From positions 372,001 through 436,000 of the forward strand of contig OZ218958.1 in assembly GCA_965112735.1 (NCBI GenBank): a DNA stretch of 64,000 nt. Reading direction: 5' to 3'. Both the position numbers and the translations under genes were made by a program. Below are positions 62,048-64,000 of the stretch, in pieces. The DNA is from Phaeosaccion multiseriatum. Taxonomy: Eukaryota; Protista; Ochrophyta, other classes. The notes under the pieces were generated by a model. That model searched no databases, was not told where the DNA came from, and was given only the letters and a program-made list of their open reading frames with translations. Each line of letters opens with the position of its first letter. Within the stretch, counting starts at the first letter, position 1.

Positions 62048-63662
62048 GAGGCTGGGAGGAAGCACATGTCAAGAGGGGTGGAGCAGAGCGCACCACCGTG
62101 CTGCGGGGAAGCGCCCCATCGTTTCGTCGCTCCACGCCCTCCTGCGTTCTATCCGTAGCATAACCCTCTATCATCTCCCTCACCCCCTTCCTCCCTCCCT
62201 CCCTTACCCCTCCCCTCCTCCCTCACCCCTTCATCCCTCCTCCCCCCTCACCTTCCATTGACGGCGACCATCCTGCCGCCCTCGACGAGCTCTGCCCTCC
62301 TGTCCAGTGCCATCTCGATCGGCTTACCCCGCTCTCTCGCACTCGCTCACTCCCTCCCTCTGTATCGCCAAATCTCTTCCTCCCTCCCTCCCCTCCCTCA
62401 CCGCAGCGGCTTGGCCGGAGTGCCGCTGTTGCCGCTGAGCTGTCACCGCCCCCCGCATCAGCAGCCCTTCCTCTCTGCAGCCCTCTGCCGCCCTTGCCCC
62501 CTCTGCTGCTGCTGCTGGCGCTGCTGCTCATTCCGCCTCTCCACGGTGCGGGCGCTGCGAGCGCTGCCTGGCCTGCTGTCGAAGCAGAGCGGTGTACGCG
62601 TCTGTGGCCCATGGACAGAGGGAGGGGGAGGGAGGAAAGGAGGGAGAGAGAGGGAGGGAGGGAGGGAAGAAAGGTGGGAGAGAGAGAGAGACGGGTGACG
62701 AGAGCGAGAGAGAGAGGGAGAAGGAGGGAGAGGGAGGGAGAGAAAGCGAGAGAGAGTGATAAGAGAGAGCGAGAGCGACAGAGCGAGGGACAGAGAGAAA
62801 GAAGGGCGAAGAGGACTCAATTGTTGATCATCCACCTTGGCGCCTTTGCGCCTTTGCCCCCCCAACATCCTGGTACCGACCCCCCTCCATCCCCACTCGG
62901 CCTTGACAGCTTACGTCATGCTGTCATTCAGCCTTCAGCCCTCAGCTTTCATCTACAGCCACTTGCTTCCTTCCGTTCCTGCTGGACACGGTCAAAGTTG
63001 GGTATCGCGAGACCCATGCGCTGCAACAAGGCCGCGTGGGAGGAAGAGGAGAAGGAGGAGGAGGCACCCCTCACCCCTGCTTCCCCCATGGGCGCGCCTT
63101 CGACATTGACATCGGCATCGGCATCGGCATCGAGTTCGGTTTCGAGTTCGTCTACATGCTCTCCTCGCGACAGCATGCGGTTACCCACCCCCTCTCCTTC
63201 TCCCGCTGACGACGCGGAGCTCCTGTCTGCCCGGAGAATGAACGAGTTTGAGCGGCTGTGGGGGTGTGGGATATGGGGTATGGGAGGTGGGGTGGGCGGG
63301 GGAGGGGAAGGGAGTGGGCGAGTGGAGCTCTCCTGAAGAGGAGGTGAGGCTGTATCTAGCCGAAAGCAGGGGGCTCACAGCTTGGCTCGCTCACGAACCC
63401 CTCACGCAGTCGCCACCACTCACCTCAGTATTCGTGGTGCACCACGGGGCCAGGCCCTCGGAATCGGTCCAGGGGTGCTGGAAGAGCCGAGCCGTACCGG
63501 GGGAGGGAGGCTGATGCCCAGGCCCTGCAGGAGAAGGGAGGAGAAGCTGAAGGGCTCCGCTGGTCTCGCGGGAAGGAGATTCATCCATACAGCGGCTCCT
63601 GCTCCTGCTTGCCCTTCTCCTTTTCCTCCCACTGACCGTCCTCTGCTCTGCTTGCTCTCGCA

Positions 63663-64000
63663 GGAACTGCCCCCCCCCTGGGATCGGGATCTGTGAATCG
63701 GATCACCAAACCCAATGCCTTCAGAGGCCTCCATAACTAAACATATAGCGGGGAGGCCTGATAAGAAAGGCAGAGCGACCGATACTGCACAGGAGGCGCA
63801 GCAGGGAGAGGGCCTTCTGTAGCTCCCTTGTCAACACTACCGTCTCAAGGGAGGGGCCGCTTGCTCACCATGGCGCAGCAGACAACGTTAACGCCCGAGG
63901 TACGACCTAGCGCCCACCTCTGAGACAGGTTTTCTTTGGAAAGCGTAGAGCAAGGCGAGGGTTCCTTCTGTGGATACGATAGCTGCGGTGGGAAGCTCAC
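63663..64000 (+). CDS. Upstream region and first exon (63870-63899, MAQQTTLTPE) of a third tandem ankyrin copy; runs off the window
   Basis: Near-identical to 58063-58399. Confidence 0.85.

Noticed and set aside
60901-62261. Long PSFL/RKEG ORFs
   Set aside because: Translations of a (GGAA)n microsatellite
60730-63660. Multi-exon gene on the minus strand between ankyrin copies
   Set aside because: Short coding-like pieces with donor-like ends exist, but no consistent model or recognisable domain

Overview
GC-rich, intron-containing eukaryotic DNA. The gene content suggests a stramenopile/algal-type protist, which is an inference. Housekeeping-type genes: the 3' part of an EML5/6-like HELP-WD40 gene, an intron-containing tRNA-Leu(AAG), a voltage-gated proton channel (Hv1) with a truncated duplicate, and an SLC25 mitochondrial carrier. 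These are interleaved with a heavily rearranged accessory region. It holds duplicated gene fragments, a MerA/lipoamide-dehydrogenase-like pseudogene, three DNA-transposon-like remnants (pogo+PHD; NHL+PHD; MULE/ISL3-like fused to a DEDDy exonuclease) and a long inverted repeat. The most striking signal is a group of repeat-scaffold genes with constant frameworks and sharply localised variation. Two intronless F-box-like/FNIP-type LRR genes have repeats that are nearly invariant even at synonymous sites but vary at predicted ligand-facing codons. A secreted, mucin-stalked Cys-repeat protein has a first inter-Cys loop of 9-29 aa that varies between frameworks that can be nucleotide-identical. An ankyrin family shares an unrecognised C-terminal domain. 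Together these look like a diversifying recognition-receptor locus (hypothesis). Several frameshifts are single-G losses in G runs and may be sequencing errors. All family assignments come from motif recognition by eye; no database searches were run.
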